Positions 1 through 11,900 of a stretch of 64,000 nt of DNA are shown here, in pieces (positions within the stretch are counted from its first letter, which is position 1; every line of letters starts with the position of its first letter). Made by a program: the position numbers and the translations under genes. The stretch is from Oikopleura dioica (taxonomy: Eukaryota; Animalia; Chordata): positions 14,570,001 to 14,634,000 of the forward strand of contig OU015568.1 in assembly GCA_907165135.1 (NCBI GenBank). The letters are read 5' to 3'. Under the pieces are notes generated by a model that saw only the letters and a list, made by a program, of their open reading frames with translations, was not told the DNA's origin and ran no database searches.

Positions 1-62
1 ATCAGCGAAAGTTAAACTCTGCAATAATTGTAATTGAAAAATATTTTTTTTAAACTCAAAAG

Positions 63-3000
63 TGCACAATTTTATGGAGAAGCATTCAAGATACATTAAC
101 AACTACAACTACAACAACGACTTCGACAACGACAACAACTACAACAACGACTACAACAACGACTACAACAACGACTACGACAACGACTACAACTACAACT
201 ACAACTACAACTACAACTACAACAACGACTACGACTACGACTACGACAACGACAACTACTACAACTAAAGCATGCGCAAGTGATCCATGCTCTGGAATCA
301 ATAACTGTCAGACCATCGTTAATGGCTGCGAAATAAGTCCTGTTAGAAATAATCTAATTGCGACTGTGGGCGCCGCTTATAACTACAAATTCTCAGCTGA
401 AGTATATTGTGATCACAGTATGCCACTTGATAGCTGGAAGCAAATAATTCACGTCACTGGTGGCAGCGACGAAGGCTCTGCTGGGGATCGAACATTTGCT
501 CTGTGGCGAGAATGGAATCAGAATGGGATTCATATCGCTGTCAATGACCCAAACGGTCATTTGTATGCAAAATCCAATTTTGCTTCATGTAATGATGGCT
601 CTTGGAATACCTACTCCGTTGAAGTCAGACAAGTTGAGGGCTCACCCTCGACACTGAAATATGTAGTCAGCGTTGACGGTACTCAAATCGATCAAGGCAC
701 TTATGATTCAAGCGGAGCATTAACTACAGGCAATCTGCAAGTTTTTATCTCTGATGATTGGTACGACCCTGCAACCGCTTTCTTGACCCGTAATTTCTTG
801 TATCAAACTTTTGATGATTTACCAATGTGCGCTACTGATCCATGCGAAGGTCTTGCGACCTGTCAAACAATTATTAACGGCTGCGACATAGCGCCCATCA
901 AGAACACTCAGCTCGCCACTGTCAGTGCTGCGCTCAACTATAAGGTATCAGCAGATGTTCTCTGCAATAACACCGCTGGTGATACTGAATGGAGGAACAT
1001 TATTCTTTTGACAAGTGACGCAGTCTCTGAACATCACAATGCTGGCAACCGACAATTTGCATTATTCGATACACCGACGGATGGTCAAATACAGATCAAT
1101 GCTAATGATGCAAGTGGATATTTAAACCGGGCGAATCTTTATCCAAGCTGCACCAATGGTCAATGGAACACATATTCAGTCGAAGTAAGACAACTTGAAA
1201 ATTGTTCATCGACACTGCGATACGTAGTAAGCATTGATGGTACTCAGATCGCCGAAGGCACTTACGAAGCGAGCGCAGCTTACAGCACAGGAAATCTTCA
1301 TGCCATGGTATCTGATGGTTTCCACGAGTCTGCATCTCAAACTAGCGTTAGAAATTTCTTCTATCAAACCTTCGAAGACATAACCGCGACTGATCCATGT
1401 GATGGTCAAACAAACTGTGTCACTATCGTCAATAGTTGCGCAGTAGCACCCGTTCTTAATACTCAAGTGGCGACTGTAACTGCGGCTTTGAATTACAAGA
1501 CCTCGGCTGAAATTTACTGTGATCACAGCATGGCACTGGACGGATTTTATAAAAATATTCTGCACATCACTGGTGGTAATAGTAATGGTAATCCAGGCAT
1601 GGGGAACAAATATCCACAGCCAAAGGATGGTAGAAAAAGATTTAGTTTGTACCCCTTTACGAGGCGATAGAACATTTGCCCTTACGCGTAATCCGAACGA
1701 TCATGGTTTACATTTTGCTGTCAATGATGGAAATGGTGATTCTAATGAGAAAGTCAACTACGTATATTGCACCCATGGAACTTGGAGCAACTATTCTGTT
1801 GAAGTCGGAGAAGTTTCAGGCTCTCCATCAACGCTCAAATATGTTGTCAGCGTTGACGGAGCCCAAATCGACGAGGGCACGTACGACCAAAGCGGAGCGT
1901 TGAGTACCGGCAATCTTCAAGTATTTATGTCTAGTAGTTGGAGTCCATCTGCTACGGCCTTCTTAGTTCGTAATTTCTTTTACCAAACGTTTCCCCCCAT
2001 GTGCGCGACTGATCCATGTAGTGGACTAACGAGCTGTAATACGATTGTCAATGGCTGCGAAGTAGCCCCTGTTCTAAATACTCAAGTTGCAACTGTAACC
2101 GCGGCTTTGAATTACAAGACCTCGGCTGATATTTACTGTGATCATAGCATGGCACTTGAAGGAACTAGTTTAAATATTCTACAAATCACTGCTGGTAATA
2201 TTTATGGTAATCCAGGCAAGAGAAACAAAAATACTCAAACTAAAGCAAAGATGTTATTTAAATATTGAATTTGTATCCCTATACTAGGCGATCGAACTTT
2301 TGCTCTTTTTCGAAACCCATACGATCACGGACTCTTTTTTGGTGTTAATGACCCAAACGGTCCATATAATGAAAAAGGCAATTACGTTTACTGCACCGAT
2401 GGCTCTTGGAACAATTATGCGGTTGAAGTCGGGCAAGTTTCAGGTTCACCATCGACGCTGAAATACATTGTCAGCGTTGACGGAGCTCAAATCGACGAGG
2501 GCACGTACGACTCAAGTGGAGCGTTGAGTTCTGGTGATCTTCAAGTGTTCATTTCTGCTAATTGGTATCCATCAGCTACTGCCTTTTTGGTCCGCAATTT
2601 TGTTTACCAGACATGCACTGACCCCTGTATTGGACTCGCTAACTGCAACACTATCGTCAACAGCTGTGAAGTGGTACCCGTAAGGAACACTCTCAAGACG
2701 ACTGTGAGCGCTGCTCTGAGCTATAAGGCTCGGGTCTCGAAAATATTCATTATATAATATAATATAATTTATATTTATTAATTTTTATTCAGTATTGACC
2801 CCTGAACAAGGTTTCAGTGAATATTCTCTGCACTGCGAATTCAAATGGAGCTTGGAAAAGTATTGTTCATCTCACAAGCAGCCAAACGGGTGCAGTTGTC
2901 CCTGGAAACCGACAGTTTTCGGTATATAAAACTCCTTGGAATGGGTATTTAGAAGTCAGTGCTAGTGATCCGGGTCCTAATGGTTACAATTATCGTGGCG

Positions 3001-4530
3001 CTTATAATCAACAATGCACAATCGGCGAATGGAACACATACGCGGTCAAAATCAGCGAAGTCGATAGTTCAACGCTCAAATATGTAATCACCTTTGATGG
3101 GAATTCATCTAAAGAGGGAACATACGACTCAAGCTTAGCTTATAGCACCGGGAACCTGTATGCTTATGTTTCTGAAGATTTGACTGATGCTGATTCCGAA
3201 ACACTCGTGCGAAATTTCTTTTATCAAATTTGCAGTGATCCGTGCGCTGGCCAAGCTGACTGCAGTACTTTTGTTGACAGTTGCGAAGTATTACCTGTAA
3301 GAAACACTCAAAAAGCGACCGTAAGCGCTGCATTAAACTACAAGGCTCGGGTCACAGAAATATCCTTGATATCTGATTTATAAAATAGTATTTCATCACC
3401 CTTCAAAAAGGTATCAGTGGACATTCTTTGCGCGGAGAATACGGACGACACGTCTCACAAAGGAATAGTCCATCTCACAAGCACTCTAACAGATAACGCG
3501 AATCCTGGAAACCGGCAGTTTACTATTCTGGCTTCTCCTTCAAATGGAATCCTTACCATCCAAGTCAACGATCCAAGTGGTTACATGAGCCGAGCTTCAT
3601 ATGATCAATCATGCACGATCGGAGAATGGAACACGTATTCAGTCGAAGTCAGACAAGTCGATGGTTCACCAGCAACGCTTAAATATGTCGTGAGTTTTGA
3701 TGGAAATTCAGTTTCCGAGGGCACTTACGATGCAAGCGCAGCCCATAGCTCCGGTGATTTGTATGCGCTTGTTTCTGGTGATCTCTTCCCTGCTTCTCAG
3801 AACAGTGTCAGAAATTTTTTCTACCAAACATTTGAAGATATTCCTATGTGCGCGACGGATCCATGCAGTGGTCTTCAAAACTGTAATTCTTTTGTCGATG
3901 GCTGCGAAATAACGCCAGTTATAAATACCTTGAAAGCTACTGTAAGTGCTGCTCTCAACTACAAGCCCTGGGTCCCAAAATAAGTATCACAGATAAATTA
4001 TCTCAAATTATTTGAAATCCTCTCTCATAAATCTTTGTTATAGTGAGTCCAATTTTCAATTCAACAATGAAGACCCATTGAAAAAGGTCTCAGTAGATAT
4101 TCTCTGCACTGAGAATTCGAATGGAGCGTGGAAAAGTATAATTCATCTAACAAGTGACCAAACCGATGCAGTCGTCCCTGGAAACCGACAGTTTTCGATC
4201 TTTAAAACTCCTTGGAATGGGTATTTAGAAGTGAGTGCTAGTGATCCGGGGCCGAATGGCTACAATTATCGTGGCGCTTATAATCAACAATGCACGATCG
4301 GCGAATGGAACACATACGCGGTTGAAGTCAGCCAAGTCGATGGATCTCCATCAACACTCAAATATGTAATGACATTTGATGGAACTTCAGCTAAAGAAGG
4401 CACCTACGATGCAAGCCTCGCTTATAGTGCTGGGCCTCTCTATGCCTATGTCTCGAAAGACATAACTGAAGCTGATTCAGAAACCTCCGTCCGAAATTTC
4501 TACTACCAAACCTTCAGTGACACGGCTTGA
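63..4530 (+). CDS. 5'-partial multi-exon protein: poly-Thr stretch followed by 7 tandem ~190-aa Cys-linked beta-rich (ConA/LamG-lectin-like) modules; probably a secreted/extracellular glycoprotein
   Basis: The frame of 63 reads CTILWRSIQDT(T)n-KACASDPC and continues into ORF 366..1670. ORFs 1519, 2817, 3417 and 4012 repeat the module C.DPC..C...VNGC..P..NT..ATV.AALNYK...WN.Y.VEV....S.LKYV...DG....GTYD...VRNFFYQ. Introns at 1597-1663, 2216-2287, ~2734-2810, ~3351-3410 and ~3972-4086 restore the frame. The fold assignment is inferred from the motif pattern only. Confidence 0.8.
99..267 (+). repeat. (ACN)n trinucleotide repeat encoding a poly-Thr mucin-like linker
   Basis: ACA/ACT/ACG run in frame with ORF 366..1670. 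The Asn-rich and poly-Val ORFs in the track are other frames of the same repeat. Confidence 0.9.
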
Positions 4531-4704
4531 TTTCTCTCTTTTCACGAGTAAAAATTCCATTGTCTAAGTCTGCACGCGTCTTGTTAAAAATAAATAAAAC
4601 CGTTTGATAGTTACAATACAGCGAATTTATGTGATGCTATGTAAAGAAACGGCTCTTACTTAAATAAAAAAAAAGATTTCTTTTTGATTTTCTGTTCAAA
4701 ATTT

Positions 4705-6884
4705 ATGATGAAAGTGACATCTCACCCGCAAGAACTTACGAGGAGGAGTATTGAAGAATGGCTCGAAATTTTTAAAAGTAAATTGAAAAGAGAAACGAGC
4801 AGAAATGATCTTGACAGGCTAATTTTATCTGTGGAGAGAATTGATTTTAAAAACGAAGATTCTGCTGATTGGACAGAGGTCACTTTTGAAGATGGAAAGG
4901 GGAAAATAACATTTGAAAGTGAAAGAAAAATCGCTCAAGAAACATGGCGTTGGACATCCGTCCAGCAAAAAATTCTCGTCGCGAATCCTTATTTGCAGAA
5001 TAGAACAATCAAGCGATCAGAATTGAAAGAAGAAAAGGGGAAATGGACTCTCGCCCCTTCATTACAAGATAATCTTATTTCGGCAGGAGGAGAAGCGGTT
5101 GTCATTTGGCAGAAATTTGGGAAATTGGAAGTTGCTGTTCGTGTTCACGTATTTGATCCCGCACTTTTTACTGAAAACAAAAAAGAACTCATATTTAAAA
5201 TTCATCTTTCGAAAGGTACGAATACACGAATCGATTTTCTATAAGAACAGCTGGTTTTAGATTATTGCGTTGCTAAAAATCGTGAAACAGACGACTCAAA
5301 TGTTATTCCAGTTCATCAAAACGTCATTAAAAATTTCGCCAATATTCAAATATTTTCAAGCGAAGATAAAAACGACGAGGATTGTTTTGGCTGGATAACC
5401 ATCATGGAAAAATGTGATTCTGATTTGAGGTCTAAACTAAAGGCTGGAAATTTGAATTTAGAAGAAAGAAAGAAAATAATTTTGGAGTTAAATAACGCGC
5501 TCAATTACTTAGCTGACGTTGGAATAATTCACTTTGACGAAAAGCCTGAAAATATTCTTCTTAAAAACGGGGAAGCAAAATTGATTGACTTTGGAATTGT
5601 TCGAGTACTAACAGACAGAAAGAGTTATCGCCAAATGGGTTACGGATTGTCAGGAACAAAGTACAAAACGGAAGACTATCTCTGTATGCGTTGATTTCTA
5701 TTCCTTTTGAAAAATTAAACATAGATGCTGGATCTCCAGCGTTTTCTGGATGTCCTCAATTGTGTGGCAACCAGGGAGGAGATGCTTCTAGCAGTCACGT
5801 GTTCCTTCTTTGCGAGTGGAAAACCGCTTGGAGTCTTCTTTTCAATCCGATCGAACAGGGTCAACGAGAAAGAATTAAAGAAAAGTTGAAGGTCAGTTTA
5901 GTTTCTCAACCATAATTTCGAAATTTTTTTCCAAAGAACTTCAATGCTGACTGGTTAACGAACAGAATTCCCGATGATGAACAAATTCGAGGAGTCACAA
6001 AAGTCATTTCCCTCGAAACAGCTACGTTAGACCATTGCCTCGACGATCCTAATTTGACAAAATCGTGCGTAATGGCGAATTTGAAGCAACGAATGAGTCG
6101 GTTCCCAAACAAGAATTTTGTAAATGTGACTAAAAATGTTGTTGACCAAACTGACAGCGAGCTTTGCGTGCCTCTTTCTATCAGTATTCTTCTACGATGG
6201 GCAATAAAAAATGACTTGAAAATGAGCGATGACATAATGGCTAAATATTTTTCTCTCGAAAGCATCTTCACAACTCTGACAATGTTGATTTATCCACGAA
6301 GTATTGCCGGCTTCAATCTTAATCCGAAAAAAGAAGAGCAAGATTTTCAAGAAAACGATGTTGATATGCTTCTCAAACGACTGAAATACGAAACCTTCTT
6401 GAATGAAAGTGGATGGACAATAATTAAATCACTTGGATACATGGCAAAAATGGAAGATATTGAAGGATCATTCGACTATAAGCAAGGTATCTTCGGTAAG
6501 CCTCAGTAAACTTTATTTCTTCTTCTAGTTCTTCTCCACCAAAACTTCATTTTTACTCGCCCTCTTACTGTTACTTGCGCTTATCTCAACCCAAACGGTA
6601 GTATTGACTTCCACCAAATGATCCTAGATAGGATCGAAAACGACGAGTACATCCTACAAAACACTCTGATCTCCCATTCCTCTTCTCAAATTCGAATACC
6701 GCTCGATAGGCGGTACTACGCGACTTACGAAATGATGGAAGACTGCTACAGCTGTTTCAATGATTTTGTCTACTACGGACAAAACAACGAGTTTCAAACA
6801 TTAGCGAACGAACAAATCAACAACATGGAAGAAAAAAGATGGCATCTTCTTCCACAAGCCTACGAAATTACCCTTGCTTCTTAA
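4705..6884 (+). CDS. Protein-kinase-like domain fused to a C-terminal papain-like domain (5 exons)
   Basis: Introns 5216-5260, 5684-5724, 5892-5936 and 6487-6528 join the ORFs in frame. Kinase motifs: SAGGEAVV, VAVR, IMEKCD, HFDEKPEN, LIDFG, AGSPAF. C-terminal motifs: DQTDSELC and FHQMILD...YILQNT. Confidence 0.8.
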
Positions 6885-7118
6885 AATGCCTCTTTATTTG
6901 ATACCAAACTAAATTTCGTACAATTTCTGCGGAATTTTTTCTCTTTGTTTTAAAACTATCGCTGAACTTAACCATCAAGGGGATAAAAACACGAAATAGA
7001 AATAAAATACTGATGAAGATCCATGGAGCTTTGAGTTTGCGACTCTTTTGTCTCAAATTTCAGTCGCGGTCAATATATATTCAAACTTTTCTCAGAGCCA
7101 CTATCAGAGAAAATCACT

Positions 7119-7258
7119 ATGAAGGTAGTTCGTAAACTTGTCAACGTTGTTTATCGATGTTTAGTTTTTTCTTCTGATAATTGGAGCTTACGCGTCGCAC
7201 GAATACACAACTAGCTATTACACATCCGGCTATTACACAACATCAGATTATTACACGA

Positions 7259-7290
<32 letters not shown>

Positions 7291-8482
7291 GTTAGATTCA
7301 AGGGATATGCAATAACATCTCCAAAATTTAAATTTGCAAAGCTTCACTTAGTTCGGCAATTGTCGGTCCCGGCGCTAGGCAGAACAATTTTCTAAATATG
7401 GCCTTGATTAAATTATTGCATCCAAAATTTGAACAACAACGTCCCTTCATCTCGATTGCGGAGGAAAAATCACATCAACGCAGACGATAACTTCTCCTTT
7501 CTTTCCGTCGAATTATCCCGACTCAGCGCGCTGTGAATGGCAAATCGACCTTGATTCTAGCTTCGAAATCGTTCCAACAGTATTCGAAGTTGAGGTACCT
7601 TTGGAGCAAGGTCATGAATATTTCAAAGAGACTATTGGTGACTGCCCTTTTGACAACGTCTGTGTGACTACCGACGGCGTTGAACAATGCTTCTGCGGAT
7701 CAAACACCAATTCAACCGTTGATATGAACGCTAGAAGGAAAAAGATGCCAGTTAATCTCGAAGATCCCCGTGGAGAAGTCGTGAAGATGCCTCACAGCAG
7801 TGAGGGTTTTCCGGGAAGGATGATAATATGAAATCACTCGAATTTTCTTCAAATTTTCGAAAGAATGCCTTTAGTAAATTCATCCGTCATTAGATGTCTT
7901 TTCTCGTCAGAAGTGGATCCGCTATTTTGAGATTCGACTCGGATATTGATATCACCTTTTCTGGCTTCAGTTTCGAAATTATCCCCTTCTCTCCACAATC
8001 GTTTATGAACGAAATTCAAGAAGAAATCAAGGTAACGCAGTGTTTTTTTCTAATAAAAACAGCGAGTTTAGAGGATAGTCAGCCTTCTGTCTGGACAAAA
8101 ATTCAAGGAATAGGTTTAATTTATTTCAATTTATATTAGCAGGAAAAGTTCGTGCTTATATCAAACTCATTGAAAGAGAATATTTACCAACAAAATGGAA
8201 CGAGTGATGAGAAAATTTCAACTGTCAAGCCTCGAAAGTGTTTGCTTTGAAGAAAATGGCTTTACATCTAAGCAACCGATCGATGTTGGCCTTGATTCCG
8301 AGGACCTCTGCGACAAGAACATCCAAGTTAATGAGGCAATCAACAGCCTTGCTGCAAACTATGCATGCGATGGACGAGGAAAACTCTTTCGGAGAATAAC
8401 ACGATCTGCCAGAAAAACGAGAAATTATTTCATCAATATAAATTATTTGAAATTTAACATTGATTGTTCTATCACCGAATAA
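7119..8482 (+). CDS. Secreted CUB-domain protein with Thr/Tyr-rich N-terminus
   Basis: Spliced start MK|FFLLIIGAYA (signal-peptide-like), then SHEYTTSYYTSGYYTT..TTTT. CUB motifs: CGGKITSTQTITSPFFPSNYPDSARCEWQI, CPFDNV, FCGS, ILRFDSDIDITFSGFSF. Internal exons and 3' end are approximate. Confidence 0.7.
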
Positions 8483-8961
8483 ATTGTCCTCGAATAAAAT
8501 ATTTTGTCTTCCATGAGCGGCGCTTCCATCAACCGCGTCTTCGCCCGAGGTGGCGCTCTCACGGATTGAGTCTTCCGCTGAAGAGTCCTCCGCCCGCTTT
8601 CCTCGAATGAAGAATCTCCCCATTTCGCAGATGCGAGAAAAGTGTGAAAATCAACGATTTCAAAGTCAGAAATGATTTTTCTTTCTTTTTCAAAAATAAA
8701 AAAACGAGATTTTATGATGGAAGAAGAAGCGATGAAAGTTAATTTCAAAAACTGTGAAATAATGCTGTTAACAATATAATTTTAAAGGACTAATTTTAAA
8801 TTTGTATAAGTAGAAAATTATGATTTTGAAGTATTCCTGTCAAAATTGCGTTAAAATGATGCTAGACTTCGATAAATCTTTGTGTTAAAGCGATTCGGCT
8901 AAATATATTCCGTCGGAAGAATCATTTTCTCTCGCATAAGAGATGATTTTAGATCAGGAAA

Positions 8962-11900
8962 ATGTCTCCAAATCGAGACGTTCTTGAGCTGTGGCGACGA
9001 CTTCGGCAAGAGTCTCTCTTCGTCTCTTCGGAGCGCGAGAGTCTCGGCAAGCTGCACAACGATTTGAAAGCAGACCACTACAAGCTTCTGCAGCAACTGT
9101 ACAGAACTCGGCGGCTGCAGTCGAACCACTACGTCGCGGAAACCGGCGGAGATTTAGGAGAATGTTTTTCTATCGACAACAGATTGCAAGTCGCGGAATT
9201 CTGCGAAATGCCGTTTCAAGAAGCAGAAATGATAGCGCCGTTTTTGAAGAGTTTAAAGGACAATCCCACACTCGTCGCGGCTTGTCTTGTTTACGGCGAG
9301 AAAATGCAGCTAGAATCTGCGACGGGCTTTAATTCCTTGTTGGAAACTGTTGTGCTTTCTTTGTACGGGCAATCGTGTGCTACTCAGGAAAAGGGTTCAA
9401 ATGGAAGGAGAGATTTTATTAATTTAGTTTTTTGTACATTAGAAATGAAAATTTGTCAATCAGAAATCAGAATTATCGTAGTTTTCGACTTCCGTATTGC
9501 GAGCCCTGCTTCAGAATCATTCCGCGTTGCTAGAATTCATCCAGTGTCTGATGCTTCACCAAATCGGCGCGACAAACCGACCAAGGGACGTTTTGAAACG
9601 CGGCGCCTTCATTACTACTTATCGACTCCTTGTCGAGGCTCTTCCTGAATCGCGTCTATTCCTCACCGCCGCGCTTTACCAACCCATCGTTCAAGTTCTG
9701 CTGGACGAAGGGCCCCCGCTCGAGATTAATGCCGACAAAGTTTGTGATTATTTCTCACCTAGAGAGCTTCAGCTGCGCTTTGGTCAGCGAGGAAGCGAAC
9801 CCTTCAAGCAGAAAGTCGCCGAGTTCTGTAAAAACACACAGGAAATGTTGTCATTTCAAAGCGCAAATGAAAACTGAAATTCTAATTAATCACTTGGCTA
9901 GGCAACTCTTGCAGAAATCCGGGTTAGAATTCTTCTTTTTTATTAATTTGGAATAAAATAACCTCAATTTTTGCCAACATAAATTCCAGCAACGCCTAGA
10001 CGACCACGTCAAACGCTTCAGCGCTGCGATCGAGCAGTCCCTTGCTTGTTTCCCAAGCGCGATCGCGTACGTTATCGCTCGCTCTTACAATATCGTTTCT
10101 GACGGCGGAATGTGTCCTCCCGACGAGGCGCGAACTCTGGCCGCCGATTTGCTTCTTCAGGACTTCATATGCCTCGCAATCGTCAATCCAGAGCGATACG
10201 GAGTCACTGGAGATTTGCCGATTACCGAGACAGCGCGAATCAATTTAATCCAAATCGCTCAAAAATTGCAGAAAGCGGTCATCTCGGGTGGTGTCCGTCA
10301 CTCGGGCGGATTCCTGACAAGAATGGTGGAAGAAATCCTCACACTTGATTCTGGCGAGCCTAGTACTCAAGCGAATATTACCTTCGAAGATAGAGCTGTC
10401 TTGTGCACAAGAAAAGAGCTGGAAAGACTGATTATGTTCATGCGACAAGTGGAGATTTCAGAAGTTCAAGGAGTGGATCGAGTTTCTTTGGGAGGAATCA
10501 ATCAATTGGTCAAGAATTTTAAAATGACTTCTCCAGCGACCCAGGAAAGGGTTTTCACGAATGATTTTGCTACAAGTAGCAATAGAAGATTAAAAATTAG
10601 CAAACATGGCTTGTTTTAGCACAAGTTGTTTTCAGTTCAGTTGTTTTCTTTCAGATACCTTTTTACTCTCTTTAAAATTTCCAAGCTATTGAAGATTTTG
10701 AGTAATTTTCCTTTCCAAAACCTTTAAAAGTCACCTCTTGGTTCTCCAATGGTGAGTAAATCTCCACCGCCGAAGTTCGCCGAAAAAGCGATGAGCTTCA
10801 TCGACAAAATGGACAACAAAGTCAAGCAGCTGCAGCAAGAAGGAATCAAGGGACTTGACAAACTAAGAATCGACGATGAGCCGGAAAAGAAACAAGAAAC
10901 TCGTGAAATTGTGTTCATTATCAACCTTCCCGGAACAGACGAAGAATTCAAAATCTTGTCGGAACAGGACATCGTCACTCAGAGCGAATTGCTAGACGAC
11001 GATCGCGCTTCGCTTGATGATGATGGGGTAAGCCGCGGTAGTAAGGTTAGTTTTAGCCCAGCACAGAAGCAAAATAATCAACAAATAATCACATTTATTT
11101 CTATTCGTTTTAATCGATAAAAAACCTGACTGATTCAGAGCAATTATTCCGTTGAAGATGATCGAACAAGTTCAAGCTCTGTTTCGGATCATTTATCCTC
11201 GCTTCATGGCTCTGCTGGCGCTCCAGTTGAAGTTGATAGACTTCAGGACGAAACAGACTCGATCGCTGAATCCAACCCTCATTCGAATAGGGATGAAACT
11301 CTACAGGTAATTTGAATTATTTTCTCTTTGCAAACAATCTCAATTTTCTACCCGGTTTTTATTCTAGGCTCTCGACGAAAAAATGCCAACAAATCGCGAA
11401 AGTATCGAAGATCGAATGCGCAAATTCGAGCTTGGAGTCCGTTTTGACATTGGCAACGACCGAGGCGACACTCGATCGGATTGTTGGTCCACTGATGTTG
11501 CTGCTAGTGAGCACTCGGAGCCCTTGACGGAAGCAGATTATGCTTCGCGGCTGGAGGAAATCGCGGAAGATCCATCCGAAGAACTGAGAGTTCCACCAGA
11601 AGATTCGCGATCGGATATTTGGAGCGTTGAGTGTCTTGTGCCTAGTTCAGGGTTACTTATTGATATGTGAGCAGTTTTTTTTCTAAACTAAAGATCTTTC
11701 ATCATTTTGAATTTATCATCCCTTCTTTTTTGTAACGCTTTGGACAGTGATAACGAGGACGAGGAAGGTCCACATTCTCCGCCGGCCGAGGATGTGGTGC
11801 GATCACGCGCCTCCACTCCCGGATTGAGCTACACGGCCGAATCCATCTCTAGCGCTTGCTCCGACTCGGGTCAGAAGCCAGAAGGGGCGGGAGATTACGC

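Noticed and set aside
62-301. Asn/Tyr-rich (+) and poly-Val (-) ORFs
   Set aside because: These are alternative frames of the poly-Thr coding repeat.
8443-8748. Minus-strand 101-aa ORF between the CUB gene and GAPVD1
   Set aside because: No recognisable domain or splice support; it could be a small gene but is not supportable from sequence alone.
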